DNA of 64,000 nucleotides from Takakia lepidozioides (taxonomy: Eukaryota; Plantae; Bryophyta): the NCBI GenBank assembly GCA_030704615.1, contig CM060734.1:53320001-53384000 (forward strand), read 5' to 3'. Each line of letters starts with the position of its first letter. The stretch's first letter is position 1. This document shows positions 1 through 12,100 of the stretch, in pieces. The notes under the pieces are model-generated. The model searched no databases and was not told the origin of the DNA. It saw only the letters and a program-made list of their open reading frames with translations. The position numbers were made by a program, and so were the translations under genes.

Positions 1-3000
1 TACACAACATTTTCTTCAGGTTGTTTGTTGTGGCGTAGGCGTCCTCAAACCTCCACAGGTTGTGGTCTCGCAAACTCATTCTCCGCCTATCCCCTGTCAC
101 ACTCGACCCCCCCCCCCCCCCCCCCCCTCTGTACATCTTGATCGTCGTGCTGCGTTTAGGGAGGCGATGTGCTCATGCAATGGTCAAGCACGCGGCCACT
201 GCACCCATTACCGACTATGAGAGGCTAAGATAAGCTAATATTGCTCGCATCAAGCTGGTTGAAGCGGAGCTGCTGAAAGACATAGCACAGTGAGTTCACT
301 TTTGAACTATCAAAGTCACTCTTTCCGTAGAGGTTTGCAGCTTGCGAAGCTTGATTTCATGCAATGTAGGTAGCTTTGTGAGTTCCTAAGACACCATGAA
401 GAGGATGAGATGAGTGCGAGTGCAGTGTAGGTTATGCTCGCATGGTGGAGTGGGCGGGAGATCGCCGCATGTCGCGGGTCGTGAAAGTGGCTACACTTTT
501 AGGGTTGAGGGGTGCATTAGTTCGTCATCTCCTCCATCATGTTTTCTTTGTCATGTTACACTCAGGGAACTAGTGGTTGGTTTAGGGCTTACAACACCTT
601 CCATGGGCGTCCAATGCAGGATTGTGGGAGAGAAGCCAAAGCGTGTAAGACGACGGCCACCAGCCCGCCCCTCTGGTCCCCCAAGACGCAGTGGAAGAAT
701 AGAGTCCATGGCCCCTCCCACACGGAGATATGCAATTGATGATGACGATGGGGACGACCTCTATGTGCCTGCGATGGAGCACATCGGGGACTGACGAAGA
801 CATGCCCGGCAGTGAACCTGCCCTAGCCACCATCTCGCACAAACATCCAGCAGCTGCGGAGTCTCCATCTATAAGTACCCAGCTCAGTGTAGGTCATGTG
901 TAAGTATCCAACCAGATAGAAAAACTGCCCGTCTACAACTGCATTGCCCCAATGTTGCATTGCCCCAATTTTGAAAGTACTTGCCAAGTACTTTATGAAA
1001 AGGAAGAAAAAAAGAAAAAAAAAGTATGACGCCTCCCGAAGGGAGCGTAACCACATCCAACATGGTATGTGCCCATTACCACTGGGCTACATGCTGGTTG
1101 TCTAGAAAGGAAGAATACATACCCCATTACAGGGGGGCAAACACAGTGCATGAGAATATGGTGGTTGCATTTGCCAAAAAGAAGCAATTGAATTGACCTC
1201 TCTAGCATTCCAGGGGGAAGAGGCATTGGTAGCATGCCAAAAGAGGGTGAAAGCCAACCATTCCCTAAAACCATGCACCGGACGCACAACAATAGTGAGG
1301 CCTATTACATTTGGTCGATTTTCTCCCCAAGACCTGCATGACTTCTTGGTAAATGACACCTGATTTCTATTTTATCGTTGTATGATCCTCATTACCAATG
1401 TGCTTTCCCTGGTGGTTGTGTGAGGGTTGAGTTTTTGCCAATTGTCTAGGGTGAGTTTTGACCAGCATTGTGTTGTGTGTTGCACAGGCGAGGAAGAAGC
1501 GTGCAGCGGTTGGTGGACCCAGCGCTGCCACACAGGGCAGCCCATCGGGGCATGGTTTGCTGAAACATGTGAACCCAACTGTTGGCAAGACTCCACCCTC
1601 CAAATGGCCTCCCACCCGGCATCTTGCCAATTATCCTCCATTCACACATTACCCTCATGCTTTTCCCCATCCAACACACTATGACCCTCACTCTCAATAC
1701 CCCCGACCCCCATCTGGTTATGCAGAGTAGGCCTATGGCCATTCTCCACCCCCTCATCCGTCTTTCGAGCAGCTTCTTCATAGCTACCCTCAACCTGCAA
1801 TGCGACCACCATACCCACCCTATGCTCCTTATCCTGGGCCCTATGTCACATCTCCCCAGCTCCAGTCACAGCCCCCAGTGGATGAAGTCCCTAGTGATGT
1901 CCCCGAGCCCCCGATTGAAATGTCCAAGAAGGAAAGAGACAATGCACTGTGGCGTCAGAACCGGAGAGCAAAGGCAGCGGCAACAAAGGTGAAAGTGGAG
2001 CGGGAGCAGCTCGGCCTTCCCTCGCAGATCGTTGTTGTCAACAAGTTTGGGGAGTCAGTAGGCCCTTCTTGCAATTCTTGGCATGCAGCCCTTAAAGGGC
2101 AGATGTTTTGATTGTGTGACTTATCATTGGCCATTCAAGAGCAAGATGATGAGGACATTAAGGCAGTCCAGTGCGTGCTGGCGTCCACTTTTTCATACAC
2201 TCCACGCAGTCTGGACTATGAGCACATGCGACACACCATTGGCAAAGCTTTGAAGACACAACGAAGTGAACTGTATGCAAAGTTCAAGGCAGGGGAGGGC
2301 AGACCTTTGTATGTGGACGAAGGGCAATGGACCAGGCTTGTTGCGTACTGGTCAACCCCAAATTTCAGCACCGTATCAGCCAAGATGAAGAAGGCAAATT
2401 CGTGTATACATAATCCATCAAAAACTGGTCGTGGTGGGAAGGCATCTGTGGAGGCACGTCTGGTAAGTTATTGATCACACCCCCTGGCACAAACTATTGC
2501 TAAGGTACTTCAACAGTATGATATGTGGCATCAATTCTTCAACCAGACTTGCAATTTGATTTATTTCTTCAACCCGACTGGTTGATTGATTGGTTTACTG
2601 ATTGATTTAATTCTTCGATACGACTGGTTTGTCTTCCCGCTCTGAGTTTAAATATCAGCCAATTACCGAGGGTAGCTAGGCCCTTCAGGCCATCCTTAAA
2701 GGTCCTCGCCTTTGTCACAGACCGACAAGTTCAGGGAAGTTTAATGCCTAACCTGATTTTGCTAGGAATTTTATGTGCTTCCAACTTGCCCTTAGCCACT
2801 TCAGCCTCCAAATTAGCTTCATCTACCATGCTCAATGCTTCCTGCCTAATATTTGTTTTATTGAGAATCTCTTTTGCCCGATATTGCCAGTACTTGATTT
2901 GTTTAACATGATGGTCTTTCTTCTGCAAAATAGAGTGAATCATCTTAAGGTATTTGGTATTTCAGCTGGCACTCGCATCTGACCCAAATGTCAGGATACT

Positions 3001-6000
3001 TTACAACGTCCTTGGAAAGCTCAAAGAGCTTATGGGACAGGAGAAAGCATGCATGAAAGAAGAAAAGAGAGTGCATTGTACAAAATGAGAGGGTCTCTCT
3101 CTGTCTAAGTGGTTTTTGAATGCTCCTAGACATCTTGCAAGTCTGATATGGTAGGTTTGTGTCATTGCGTGAAGGCTTTGATTGTCTCGTGTAGACTGTC
3201 AGGATGTTATATCATATCATGTTAGTAAATTGTCGTTCAGTACGTGGCTGCATTTTGACTTTGCTGGCTGATTTGCAGGAAGCCCATTGCGGGCGATCAG
3301 TCGAGCTGCAAGAAATCCAGGAGTTGTCTATGAGCAAAACAATGACATCAGAGAGAATGGTGAGTTGTTTGTAAATCTCAACTCAGTTGCAAATGAGTCT
3401 GCATGTGTCAGTGGTGTGCACCCATTAGGATATGTGAGCGGGTCCATTCGATTGCACATGATTCCTTTAAACCTCCACTTCATGATAACATTTAGGGTTC
3501 ATTTTCTTGCAACATCGTGGTTGTGGTGATAATTTTTTTTCTCATTCAATATTGTTGTTGTTGGCAGGAGGCAAGTGAGGGCTATTGTAGTATCGTGCGC
3601 AAAGTCGAGGAGCTAGGAAGAGAAACCACAAGTCAGCGAGAAGACATCATCGATTTGAAGGCTTGCGTCTCGCAGATGATGCTTTACCAAAAAGCGATAG
3701 CCAGCAAGTTTGGCATCTCTATATCAGTGTCTACGGCTGTAGGGACATCTGCAGCAGCCAGCGAGTGCATAGACGCAGCTCGCACATCTAGGCGCCTAGA
3801 GGACAACTTCGAGACACCCCCTGCAGTTGCATCAGTGTTGTCTTCCCCCCGTGTCTGTCATGATCAATTGCAGGTGGGCAATTCCCCCTGCGATGGCACG
3901 GGAGATGAGGACGCAGACAAATTACCTGGCATGCTGAAGGATCCCGTACCTTTGTCTGGCGCTATGGATCCCATGTCAAAAGTAGCATGCCTTGATTCAG
4001 AGGCAGTCGGAGAATCACTGGGCATGAAGGGGGATGATTTTGGAATTGATCTTGGTTCCCCTTGGGTTGTCCCTACCACTCCCCATTATTTGTTAAAGAA
4101 AAAGGACAGAGATCCGACCAGTGCAAAACATTTACTGATTCTAGATATAAATGGCTTGCTTTGTGAGTGCGTACATGTTGGTAGTGCTGCAGGGTATATT
4201 CCAGATGGCTTTGTTGGCAGAACCTGTGGCAGTAAAATGGTGTTGATGAGGCCTAGCTGCATTGATTTTTTGAACAAGTGTTTTATGCATTTTGAGGTGG
4301 CAGTGTGGTCTTGCATGACACTTCGCAACTTTCAACCTGTTGTGGAGTGGATTTTCTGTGGCCGGCCTAATCCTATGTTTCAATGGGATGGTGCTTATTG
4401 TGAACAATCAAGTGAGAGAAATGACAGGCACCCATATAAGGGAAGAAGAATCCTGCCTTTACTGGCATATTCCCAGAGCCTTGGAGAAGTGGGGCTGTCG
4501 GGGCGACTTTTGACCAATTCCTCAATATGAAGTTGTGGCCTTTCTTGGAGGGGGCAGCAAAGGCAGCCTCAATTACAGAGTATGTGAGGGCCCATCCTCA
4601 GTTTGGACAAGCTTCACATAGCACCTTCACAACCCAGCACCCGCAGGTAACTCCAGATTTTATGCATCATGGCATTGTGTTGCCTAGAGGGAAATACTTT
4701 ATGCAAACATAGTGAATTGTATGTCAATGCAATGTGGAATGCTAGGTGTGTAGCTCTGTCTAGTTTAGCTTTTGTCTAGTTTTAGTTTAAGTTTGTGTGT
4801 AGCTTTAGTTGTAGGGGAGTAAGCTGCTAGCATAGCAAGTAGTATGGTTGTAACCTGCTCATAGCTCGGTATATCTCCGCTACCATTCATCGTACAATAT
4901 GCTTTGTCTGTGCAGGTGCCTGCCGGGATTACGCAAGTCTCTGGCCACAGGGCATTGCAGGTAAGATTAATCCACTGCCCCATGAAATCTGCATTGGCTT
5001 ATTGCCAACCCATTTGCGAGTGGTACTTGTGGAACCCAGTCCAATGTGTGGAGCATATGTTCCTGTGTGTAGGTACCTGGCCGTTCACAATCTGCGGCAG
5101 TTGAAGGGGTAGCCACCGCACTACCTGCCAGCAAGACAACTCCCAAACCTCCAGTCCTTGACTGCCAGAATGGGGCAAAGGTTCCCTACCTACCTGCAAT
5201 TTTTGAATTTGCACACATGGAGTTTGTGTAATGGTGCTTACACATATTCTTAGCGATGTTTGTTTGTTTCACATATGTATATGTTGTTGTTGCTTTGATT
5301 TTTGCCTGAAAGCTTGCTCATGTATCTTCTGGGGTTTTCGGGGTGGATGGCAGTTGAAGGTGGGTGACCAAGTCCGGCTTATCGACACGGTTTCGAGGGC
5401 AACAGCAACATCTAGCCACATTGTTGGTCTACAAAGGTCTTCAGCGAGTGTCGGGAACCCTTTGGTGCCTGAGGGGTATGTGGCCATCATGATCACACAT
5501 GTGACACTTACCAATACTCCTCTACCGTATCACAACAAGTCCATGAAGCCAGCGCACACAAAGTTGGGAGACATTCTAGATCATGTTATAGTTTGGAGTG
5601 ACAAGTTTGTGAAAATCCAGAAAGTGAAGTGATGAGCGTTTGACTGCCCCGAATTTTGAGTGCATCATCTGCCATGTGTTAGGATTGCACCAGTCCGAGA
5701 GATGCCAGTGTATGCATCTTCTGCTCAGGCATTTGGAAGACTACTTAGACTTTGCAGGTTTGTGCAATTTTGTAGCGGCACCGGATTAGATTATGGAAAT
5801 AATCTCTGATCATTAACTCACGTTGTATTTGAATTGATGTTCCAATTTCAAATGTGCTTTCATGTTTCAATGATGTTTTCGCGTGCTTTCAATGGTGCTT
5901 TATGTTTCAATGTTGTTAGAGTCAGGCCCATGACTACACTCATGTATAGGACTACCTCCCATCCACAGATCCTTCGGCACGTGCCACTTTAACCCCCCAT

Positions 6001-6712
6001 GTTCGCCCGTACGCGTGCCACGTGCTATATCCAGACTCCACAGAGCGCCATGGAAGTCATATGTTCCAGTCATAACGACCACCCCCACCCTGCATAATTT
6101 GACTCCATGTGTGGACCTGACATTAAACGTCCGAAGTCATACATGCCAGTCACGAAAAGCCCCTCCCGAAGCCCAATGTACTGGCACGTGTCATGTCCCA
6201 TATTTGCCACGTGTGATACTGGGGTTAGTCGGTGGGAGTCATACATGCCAGTCTTGGAAGACCCCCTTTCCCTCACCCTGTCACGCCACGCGTCATATCC
6301 AGTCTAATCCACGTGTTGTCTTGGGGTTAATCTGCGGAAGTCACCCTGTCATGCCACGTGTCGTTCCCGGTATTCTCCACGTGCTGTCCTAGGGTTAATC
6401 CTCTGAAGTCGTATATGCAAGTCGTGAAGACCTTGTCGCCTTGCCTTGGTCGTGACACGTGGCATATCCCTTCCGTTCCACGTGAAGCTGACATGGATTC
6501 GCAGTCAATTATTACGGTCTTATCAATGACTATGATTAGGCGTCCCCGTTGCCACGTCAATAGTGAGCTCCACGACTGGCACTTACGACTCTATGGTGCT
6601 TACGACTCATTTGTCACAACTGACTGGGTTTATCTGACTGGGCAGTCATGCAGTCGTAAAAGGCTGATACGACTGGAAATAGTAGACGTAAAAGCCAAAA
6701 TCTGTTGTAGTG
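1..6712 (+). mobile_element. CACTA (En/Spm) DNA transposon, right-hand part; left end lies outside the window
   Basis: Ends in ...AAAATCTGTTGTAGTG at 6712, the reverse complement of CACTACAACAGATTTT, a typical CACTA TIR. Subterminal short repeats (GTCATACATGCCAGTC, CCACGTG) lie at ~5930-6690, and an internal TnpA-like gene is present. Confidence 0.85.
178..5632 (+). pseudogene. CACTA TnpA/Ptta-like multi-exon gene, degenerate, with an internal FCP1/HAD-like domain
   Basis: Motifs: DYERLRIANIAR (~215-250); a Pro/Tyr-rich segment; Ptta/En/Spm-like RPLYVDEGQWTRLVAYWS...SKTGRGG (2112-2474); HAD-like KHLLILDINGLL...RPSCIDFL...FEVAVWS (4120-4600); C-terminal GDQVRL...PLPY...LGD...IVW (5350-5632). 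Stops and frameshifts near 2110 and 4450-4530. Confidence 0.7.
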
Positions 6713-6728
6713 GTTTAAGGTTTTTTTA

Positions 6729-6996
6729 GTGTGCGGTGCCACTGAAAGAGGTGTGCGGTGCCGCACACCCCTTTTAAGGTTTTTCTTTTTTCTTTTTTTG
6801 GGATTTGTTTTTGTTTTTCTAGGGTTTTTTAATGGTTTTAAGGGTTTTCTTAGGGGTTTTTTCTTATTGTGCGGTTCCACTGAAAGAGGTGTGCGGTGCC
6901 GCACACCCCTTTTCAGGTGTTTTGTTTTTGTTTTTGTTTTTGTTTTTTCCCTCAGATGTCACTGAAAGTGGTGTGCGGTGCCGCAGACCACTTTCA
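6729..6996. repeat. Three copies of a GC-rich hairpin repeat (CACTGAAAGAGGTGTGCGGTGCCGCACACCCCTTT) separated by T-rich spacers
   Basis: Copies at ~6740, ~6878 and ~6960, each with the inverted repeat GGTGTGCGG/CCGCACACC. Confidence 0.8.
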
Positions 6997-8668
6997 AGGG
7001 ATATTTTAGGTTTCAGGTTTGGCAATTGTCACTCAAAATTGTGTTGTCTTGTTTGCAATATGCAGCATAGGTCAGCAGTTGACAGTCCTACCTATTCACC
7101 TTCTACCGGAAGGCAATAGCTCTTGAGACAACATAATTTATGCTTGCTTCGGCAACATGTCCACATTTTTCTTAGATGGCACCCATGTTGAGTCCATATA
7201 CTTGCATATTAAAACAGGGAAATACCAAAAATGTTTGTCCCAACAGTTTTTTATAAGAGGGTGCTGTTGGAGAGAAACCGTCATTCATTTATTCTTTAAT
7301 GTATTTACCATAATCTGAAGGTCGACTATATATCGTTGAAATGCATGACAAAACAAGAATCAGGTCATTATGTAGTGTTCTCATTTTTCTGGGTCATTGA
7401 GTGGCTTGTACATTGGCTAGTTTTTGGATCTCTCAAGGAGCAATATGAAGAGTAGGAAGAGCCATGCACTAAGAAATTTAGAACAAGACCAAACAACTAA
7501 AATGCTGGCCAACTTAATCTTCTATATACATCAAAAATAAACAAATTAAGATACAAAAATTACAGAATATTAAAAATACATGTACATAGATTGAAAACTC
7601 ATAAAATTGTTGAAAAATAGGTTTGAAATTGGGGCAAAACCAAGCGGAAGTTTGCCACGATGCAATTGATGCAATAAACATGGCATGTTTACAACAAGAA
7701 ATGGTGCTCCACGAGGTCTAACAATAGCACCCGCTTTTACGGCCATTCAGATCATCCATACAACAAATTACTAACCACTTTCCCCACTTACCAAATGGAT
7801 GGAAGCACCCAACGTGGATTCTGGATGGATATGATGTAGTTCAGTCGGATGGATGAAACGCCGCCTACTCCAATTTGACGCTCAAATTTGAAACGACTGC
7901 CTTCCCAAGTGTGCGAACCATTTGAACGATTCTCTGTTACCACGGACGGACTCTGTCGCCGTACCTGTAGCTGTACCTAGCCTGTCGGACGCAACGGCTG
8001 CTTACACCCCCCCTGCCACCCTTTTCAAATTCTTCTTGCCTCCTACTCTACCCCCTACTTTTAGGTAGGCTGCCTATTACCTAGCCGACCGGACATTATC
8101 GTATTATTCTCATTATTATTTATTCTGCCGGCTCGATGACATCCAACGGATGCGAGACGAACGCTGGTGGGGTGGGTCCCCCTCAAATAATCCCCGCCCC
8201 GCATAATTCCGGGCCCACCTACGGTCGCCCCTATTGTTTGTGGGGCCGCCCGTTGTCTCGGACTTAGTCCGACTTAGCCAGCCATTACAAGGATTTTTTC
8301 AATAACAAATATGACAGGATTATAGATGGCTTTCTTCCGCCGATTTTCATAATATGGACGGTAAAGATCATCTTAAGGATTGTGTAGTTTGTACGGTGAG
8401 GAGTGTCCGAGATTAGTCTGTGAATTTTCGTATTTATGTAAGGAAATAGGTACCCGCCCGGCGATTGGCGCTATGGACCCGGCGGACCGACTGGGATGTG
8501 GCATGTTTTCTTTCGTGTCTGCCGTGTACGATGTGAGGATCGGCGAGTCTTGACCGTTCGAGGGTAAAGAGGCGGGGGAAGCGTAGAGTGGATTGGATAT
8601 GAGATCGCAGCCGGTGGATGGGAAGGACGGAGCGCGTACGTAAAGGATGGGGAGGAGGAAACCTAGGG

Positions 8669-8672
<4 letters not shown>

Positions 8673-8702
<30 letters not shown>
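8673..8702 (+). repeat. (GA)n microsatellite in the probable ETO1 5' leader
   Basis: Direct reading of the sequence. Confidence 0.9.
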
Positions 8703-8705
<3 letters not shown>

Positions 8706-9111
8706 TGGGGGAGATGCTCTTGACTCTCGACTTGTGTGCACACCATCGCTTTCCGAGCTGGCGTTCATGGCGGAGATGGTGATGGGAGCCAGTGGGCTTC
8801 TCAGAGGCGTGCAGCAGCTGCCATGCCTTGTTTCCAAGAGAAGGAACTCTTGGTTGTAGGGAGAATGTGGCCAGTGTGGAGTGGGGTAGCACTAAGTTTG
8901 CTATTGGCGTCAAATTTGGACGGGGTCTAGATGTGGGCAGCTCCATGGGGTTCGGAAGAGATTCTAGATGTGGGTGTTGGTTTATCAAGGGTGTTGTACC
9001 CGCCGTGGGTGCTGGGTAATGAGAATGGAGCAGCAGGAGGAATTTTGAGGTGCTGGATGGAAGTGCGAGGAGAGTGATTGCTAGATTCATGATCTAGCAG
9101 AATCTCCGGAC

Positions 9112-12100
9112 ATGAGAAGTTTTCGGATGGCGGATGGATGCAGGAGCAGCCAAGTGCATGCTGTCTGTCCTGTCGAAAAGAGTTCTTCCTACCATGTGAA
9201 GCATGAGTATGGAAAAGCTGGCAGGCAAGTTCGTGCAGAGCCTGCCCCGTCCACCAGGTGCTCCTCTCTCGCATTCATTTTTGATGCCTGGTATGTTAAG
9301 TTGTTGCTCAAGGAAATGGTGACTACTCAAGTCCCCTTTGCTGGTGCATTTAATGTCATTTAGTGTCTGCCTCTTCTGTGTCTGGTAAGCAAACAGCCAC
9401 CCCCTCTCCCAACATTACTTATCCTCAATCCTTGGGACTGAGATTGTTCTGGTCTCTAATTGCCATTGCTATTTCCTATAGTACAGGGGCAGGGATGCAT
9501 CTGGCAACAGTATTATCTTCAGATTGGCTGAGTCTTTACTTGCGAGTGACTGTGGAGATCTGAACGTCCTTCTCTTGCAAATTCCTGTTGTTTAACTGGC
9601 TCTATGATGTCTGGACATAGCCCTATCTTCCTTCGTGTGGAGAGATGCCTGGTTTTGTGCTAATGAAGTCTACTTAATTGCAATGCAGCTCATCAGTGTC
9701 CAAATTGAGTGATCCCCAGCTGGAGCCTTTTTTCAAGCCCGTCGACTATGTGGAAATCCTATCGGAGATTCACGAGGAGGTGGAATTAGCTAACCAGCAG
9801 GAGAAGGCAACACTGTATCTAGAGCAGTCATTTGTATTCAGGGGCCTGGGCGAAACGAAGCTGTTGCGGCGCAGTCTCCGGTCAGCTCGACAGTATGCCA
9901 TAACAGTGCATGAGAAACTGGTGTACGCAGCCTGGTTGAAATATGAGAAACGAGAAGAAGAACTTAGTGATGGCTTGCCAACCTACTGCAGTGGACGGAA
10001 GTACGAGTGCCTCCACTCTGCAATGGTGCCTGGTTTTGTGGCAGATCTGCCCTCTGATCCTTGTGCCTGTCGCCTTTGTGTTGTGGATCCCGGTTCCAGT
10101 GTTTCGGACTTTCCCTCTGTTAGCACCTTCTCCAATGACATTGTGTTCCACATTGGTGATAGCCAAGTTCACTGCAATCGCCAAAGGATGGCTGCTCTTT
10201 CTGTCCCATTTCATGCGATGCTTAATGGTTGCTTTGCAGAGGCACGGACTGCTGATATAGGGTTTTCGGATAATGGGATCACTTCAGCTGGCTTGAAGGC
10301 AGTAGATGAGTTCAGTAAGACAGGCATTTTGGGGCATCTCTCTCCTGAGATGCTTCTTGAACTATTATCCTTTGCAAACAGATTTTGCTGTGAGAAGTTG
10401 AAAGATGCATGTGACAAGAGCTTGGCAGCACTGGTGCTAAATGCACAAGATGTGATGGCATTCATTGATTACGGCCTGGAGGAAAGTGCACCAACACTTG
10501 TGGCTTCATGCTTACGGGTGTTTTTGCGGGAGCTTCCCAGCTCCCTCAGTTCACTGCCACATGTTATACATCTGCTATGTAAGGCTGATGGTGGGAGGGA
10601 GAAGTTTGTTCTGGTTGAGCATTGTTCCTTTGCTCTATATGCTCTTTTAAGTCAAATTAGTATGGAAGAGGATATGCAGTCAGAGCATTCTGTTTCGCTT
10701 TTGGAGCGTCTGAATGACTGTGCTGTCTCTCACAGGCAGAAATCATTGGCAATGCACCAGCTTGGTTGTGTGATGCTTGCTAGGAAGCAGTATAGTGAAG
10801 CACAAAATTGGTTTGAGGCAGCTGTAGAGGAAGGCCATGTCTACTCCTGGGTTGGGGTGGCCAGAGTAAATTGCAAGCGTGGCCTGAAAATTACATCCCA
10901 CACCGAAGCCACTGCCCTTATCTCTAGCTATAAGCCCAGTGGGTGGATGTATCAAGAAAGGGCTCTTTGCAGTGAAGGAAGGGAAAAACTAGCAGATTTG
11001 AACAAGGCAACAGACCTCGATCCAACCTTACCATATCCTTATAAATATCGGGCAGCGGCACTTATGGATGAGCAGAAAGTTCATGCTGCCATCACTGAAA
11101 TCAATCGTATATTGGGCTTCAAGGTTACTCCCGATTGTCTGGAGCTGCGAGCATACTTTTGCCTTGCCCTTCAAGAGTATGAAGGAGCTGTCAGGGATGT
11201 ACGGGCTTTGCTGACCCTTGATCCAACGTACATGATGTATGGTGGTCGTGTTGGTGCGGTGCAGTTGCTTAGATTACTTAGTCAGCATGTGGAGCAATGG
11301 ACGAAAGCAGATTGTTGGATGCAGCTATATGACCGGTGGTCGTCAGTTGATGACATTGGTTCTCTTGCCGTGGTGCACCAAATGCTAGAATCAGATCCTG
11401 GGAAGGGCTTACTATTTTTCCGTCAATCTCTTCTCCTTCTCCGGTAAGTTGAAGTTGCCTTACAAGGAACTTCTGGGAGGTTGGTCATTATTTGAGAGAT
11501 GGAGCGATTTGTTGGTGGCTTTTTGTGGGCTGCTATTGGAAGTTGGGTCTCATGGCTTGAAATGCAATGGTCTGCAATGCATGGGGTGGTACATGTGAAG
11601 TTTCCCACTTTTGAGATGTTCTCCAAAACTTGTCCCAAGTGGGATCCTGCAGTTGTTGGAAGGTTAGTTTAGGTTTTGATTCTCTGGTTTAGTGTTGTAG
11701 TTTTCTGAAGACTGGCTTCTAGATACGTTGAATAGAAGGTCAGCAGGGGGTTGATGCATGAATACAGGGAGATGCTGATGAGAACCATGGTTGCACCAGG
11801 TTGAACTGTCCTAAAGCGGCAATGCGCAGTTTGCGTTTGGCTCGTGAACATGCAAGTAGCAACCACGAACGACTGGTTTATGAGGGTTGGATTCTATATG
11901 ACACTGGTCATCGTGAGGAGGCTTTGCAGAAGGCGGAGGAGTCAATAAGTCTTCAAAGATCATTTGAGGCATTCTTTCTAAAAGCATATGCATTGGCAGA
12001 TACTAGCTTGGATCAGGCTTCCTCTGCCAAGGTGGTGGAGCTTCTGGAGGAGGCGTTGAAATGCCCATCTGATGGTCTCCGGAAGGGACAGGTTGGTCTC

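Noticed and set aside
107-127. Poly-C run as a G-quadruplex element
   Set aside because: A simple homopolymer inside a TE with no supporting context.
8373-9090. Minus-strand ORFs of 154 and 218 aa
   Set aside because: Antisense to the GA-rich ETO1 leader, with no recognisable domain.
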